Shown here piece after piece: positions 61,990 to 64,000 of a DNA stretch of 64,000 bases. Position 1 is the first letter of the stretch. Each line of letters opens with the position of its first letter. The notes under the pieces are model-generated. The model searched no databases, was not told the origin of the DNA, and saw only the letters and a list, made by a program, of their open reading frames with translations. The stretch covers positions 76,922 to 140,921 of the forward strand of contig CAZICT010000002.1 in assembly GCA_964537935.1 (NCBI GenBank). Reading direction: 5' to 3'. The DNA comes from an uncultured Candidatus Saccharibacteria bacterium (GTDB lineage: Bacteria; Patescibacteriota; Saccharimonadia; Saccharimonadales; CAZICT01). The translations under genes and the position numbers were made by a program.

Positions 61990-63651
61990 ATGGTAATGAA
62001 TAATCTGAAGCAGGAAATCGAACAGGCTATTGCCGATATATGCAAACAAGTGTTCAATACTGACGCCGCCCCCAATTTAACACGACCGGATGAACAATTC
62101 GGTGATTATGCAACCAATGTAGCGCTACAAATCGCGAAACAGCTTAAGGGCAATCCCAGGGAAATAGCCGAAACCATTAAAGATAAGCTGCAACACCCGG
62201 CAGTTTCTGCAACCGAAGTAGCCGGGCCGGGCTTTATTAATTTACGACTTAACGATGAAGCGCTGCTGGCGCAAGCCGGTGGATTGCTGACGAAATCCCG
62301 AGAGGGCATGAACGCGGTGATTGAGACTAATAATCCAAACCCGTTTAAAGCAATGCATATCGGTCATGCCTTTAATGCCATATTGGCCGATACTATCGCC
62401 AACTTACTCGAGAATGATGGGGCATTAACTCACCGGGTCAGTTATCACGGCGATATCGGCGCTCATGTTGGAAGAAGTATGTACAGCCTGCTCAAATTTG
62501 TTGAGGGTGATGCTTCTAAGCTGGAAAATATTGCTTTGGAAGAACGAAACAAATTCATGTCGCGTATGTACGCCGAAGGAGCAAAGGCGTATAAAGAAGA
62601 CGAAGCTGCCCGCATGGAGATTGAAGAACTTACCAAAATGTCATTCAGTCGCGATGATAAGCTTTATGCCCAGGTCTATGACATTTGTTTAAGGTGGAGC
62701 CTGGAACAAATTGATGAAACGGTTGCCCGCCTGGGGAATAAACCGGTTGAACGTCGATTTCTGGAAAGTGATGCCGAAGTTCGTGGAGTTGAAATTGTTC
62801 GGCGGCATACGCCGGCAATATTTCAGGAGAGCGACGGAGCCTTGGTGTTTCCCGGCAGCAAGTACGGAGCGTTTGACAATGTGTTTGTCAGCGCCCGGGG
62901 AACTGGTTTGTATGCAGCCCGTGACTTAGGCCTGATGCAACTCAAAAATGAATATTATCATCCAAACAAAAGCTATATTGTGACGGCCGAAGAACAAAGA
63001 GATTACTTTAAAGGAGTCATCGCCGCCGCCGAGTTGTGTCTGCCGGAGCTCGCTGGAGTGACCGAAAATATCACTACTGGCACGGTAAAGCTTTCGACCG
63101 GTAAAATGAGCTCGCGTAGTGGTGAGGTTATAGAGATAGATTGGCTGTTTGAGCGCATTGCTGAAGCTATAAAAGAGCGTGGCGGTGAGCCAACCGACCC
63201 CATGATTGCCGGAGCGCTGCGTTACCAATTCCTAAAAGTACGTATCGGTAGCGATGTGGTGTTTGACGTAAACGAATCAGTTAGCTTGCAAGGTAACAGC
63301 GGCCCATATCTTCAGTACGCCCACGCTCGAGGGCGTTCTATTCTGCGCAAAGCCGGCGCTACCACAGAAGTTCAGTCGAGTAATCTGCAGCTAAATCCCT
63401 ATGAACGGACGCTCACTAGAAAACTTGGCGAATATGCCGAAATAGTTTCACTGGCTGCCAAAGACTTGCTGCCTCATCATATCTGTACGTATCTCTATGA
63501 ACTGGCTCAATTATTTAATCGTTTTTATGAACATAATCAGGTAATCGGCAGCCCGGAAGAGGCGCAGCGACTAAAACTGGTTGCGATTTATACCGATACG
63601 TTGAAGCACGGCCTGAAGCTACTTGGCATACCGGCGCCGGAAAAAATGTAA
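61990..63651 (+). CDS. argS: Arginine--tRNA ligase
   Basis: 553-aa ORF. NPNPFKAMHIGHAFNAIL (HIGH) and the C-terminal anticodon-binding DALR-type region ending ...LLGIPAPEKM. Confidence 0.95.
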   Translation: MVMNNLKQEIEQAIADICKQVFNTDAAPNLTRPDEQFGDYATNVALQIAKQLKGNPREIAETIKDKLQHPAVSATEVAGPGFINLRLNDEALLAQAGGLLTKSREGMNAVIETNNPNPFKAMHIGHAFNAILADTIANLLENDGALTHRVSYHGDIGAHVGRSMYSLLKFVEGDASKLENIALEERNKFMSRMYAEGAKAYKEDEAARMEIEELTKMSFSRDDKLYAQVYDICLRWSLEQIDETVARLGNKPVERRFLESDAEVRGVEIVRRHTPAIFQESDGALVFPGSKYGAFDNVFVSARGTGLYAARDLGLMQLKNEYYHPNKSYIVTAEEQRDYFKGVIAAAELCLPELAGVTENITTGTVKLSTGKMSSRSGEVIEIDWLFERIAEAIKERGGEPTDPMIAGALRYQFLKVRIGSDVVFDVNESVSLQGNSGPYLQYAHARGRSILRKAGATTEVQSSNLQLNPYERTLTRKLGEYAEIVSLAAKDLLPHHICTYLYELAQLFNRFYEHNQVIGSPEEAQRLKLVAIYTDTLKHGLKLLGIPAPEKM

Positions 63652-63685
63652 AAGCTGCGATGATTCGGTACAATAACTATTAATA

Positions 63686-64000
63686 ATGAAAACAGCACTT
63701 ATTCTTTATCCTCATCAGTTATTTAAAATTGAGCATTTACCCGAAGTCGATACCGTAATCATGGTCGAAGAACCGTTATTCTTTGGGGTAGACCATGAAT
63801 TCCAGTTAAGGTTGCATAAACAAAAACTTATTTTGCATCGGGCAAGCATGCGCCGGTATGTCGAAGAAGTTCTGTGGCCTGCCGATTATAAAGTTGATTA
63901 TGTTGACCTCGATGTATTTATGGACAGCGGTGATATTTTGGATCGAACCAAAAAGTTCGATACCGTCTATCTGTTTGACACGGTTGAAGATATTTTGATG
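63686..64000 (+). CDS. Cryptochrome/photolyase-related protein (DPRP family), N-terminal part (runs off the window end)
   Basis: The ATG at 63686 gives MKTALILYPHQLFKIEHLPEVDTVIMVEEPLFFG...LHKQKLILHRASMRRY, typical of the deoxyribodipyrimidine-photolyase-related family. Confidence 0.6.
   Translation, partial: MKTALILYPHQLFKIEHLPEVDTVIMVEEPLFFGVDHEFQLRLHKQKLILHRASMRRYVEEVLWPADYKVDYVDLDVFMDSGDILDRTKKFDTVYLFDTVEDILM

Overview
The window is the replication-origin region of a small bacterial chromosome. GC is roughly 40-47% by eye, the genetic code is standard (TGA acts as a stop), and the envelope looks monoderm. I infer, without proof, a Patescibacteria/CPR organism, most likely Saccharibacteria-like. 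All domain calls come from reading motifs in the ORF-track translations; no database search was possible.

Layout:
- 1-5.7 kb: envelope genes (a truncated O-antigen-ligase-like gene, a GT4 glycosyltransferase, and a 934-aa SGNH-hydrolase surface protein).
- 6-12.8 kb: the classical origin block jag-yidC-rnpA-rpmH | DnaA boxes | dnaA | DnaA boxes | dnaN-(four-helix-bundle gene)-recF. There is no gyrB.
- 12.75-30.25 kb: the standout feature. A type IV secretion-like locus follows the Gram-positive prgH-I-J-K-L gene order (VirB6-like, VirB3/PrgI-like, VirB4, cell-wall hydrolases, bitopic proteins). It is joined to a divergent array of six VirB2-like pilin paralogs and a CWB2 wall-binding protein. 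No relaxase, VirD4 or integrase is recognisable anywhere in the window.
- 30.3-35 kb: hsp20, comF, and four tRNAs (three Ser, plus one Arg with an unusual GCG anticodon) interleaved with small PD-(D/E)XK and GIY-YIG nucleases, followed by a 760-bp decayed stretch.
- 35-64 kb: housekeeping genes (valS, FemAB-like, tsaD, murE, a dual-CIRCE groES-groEL operon, PGI/PMI, argS) mixed with orphan genes. This part also holds two short GC3-rich foreign-looking cassettes (one bounded by a perfect 14-bp inverted repeat), a twin TTTCACGTGAAA palindrome, a CYTH-uridine-kinase fusion beside a wHTH-Nudix gene, and an archaeal-type CarS / PHP / CDP-alcohol-phosphatidyltransferase operon.

No CRISPR array, rRNA, transposase or integrase was seen.
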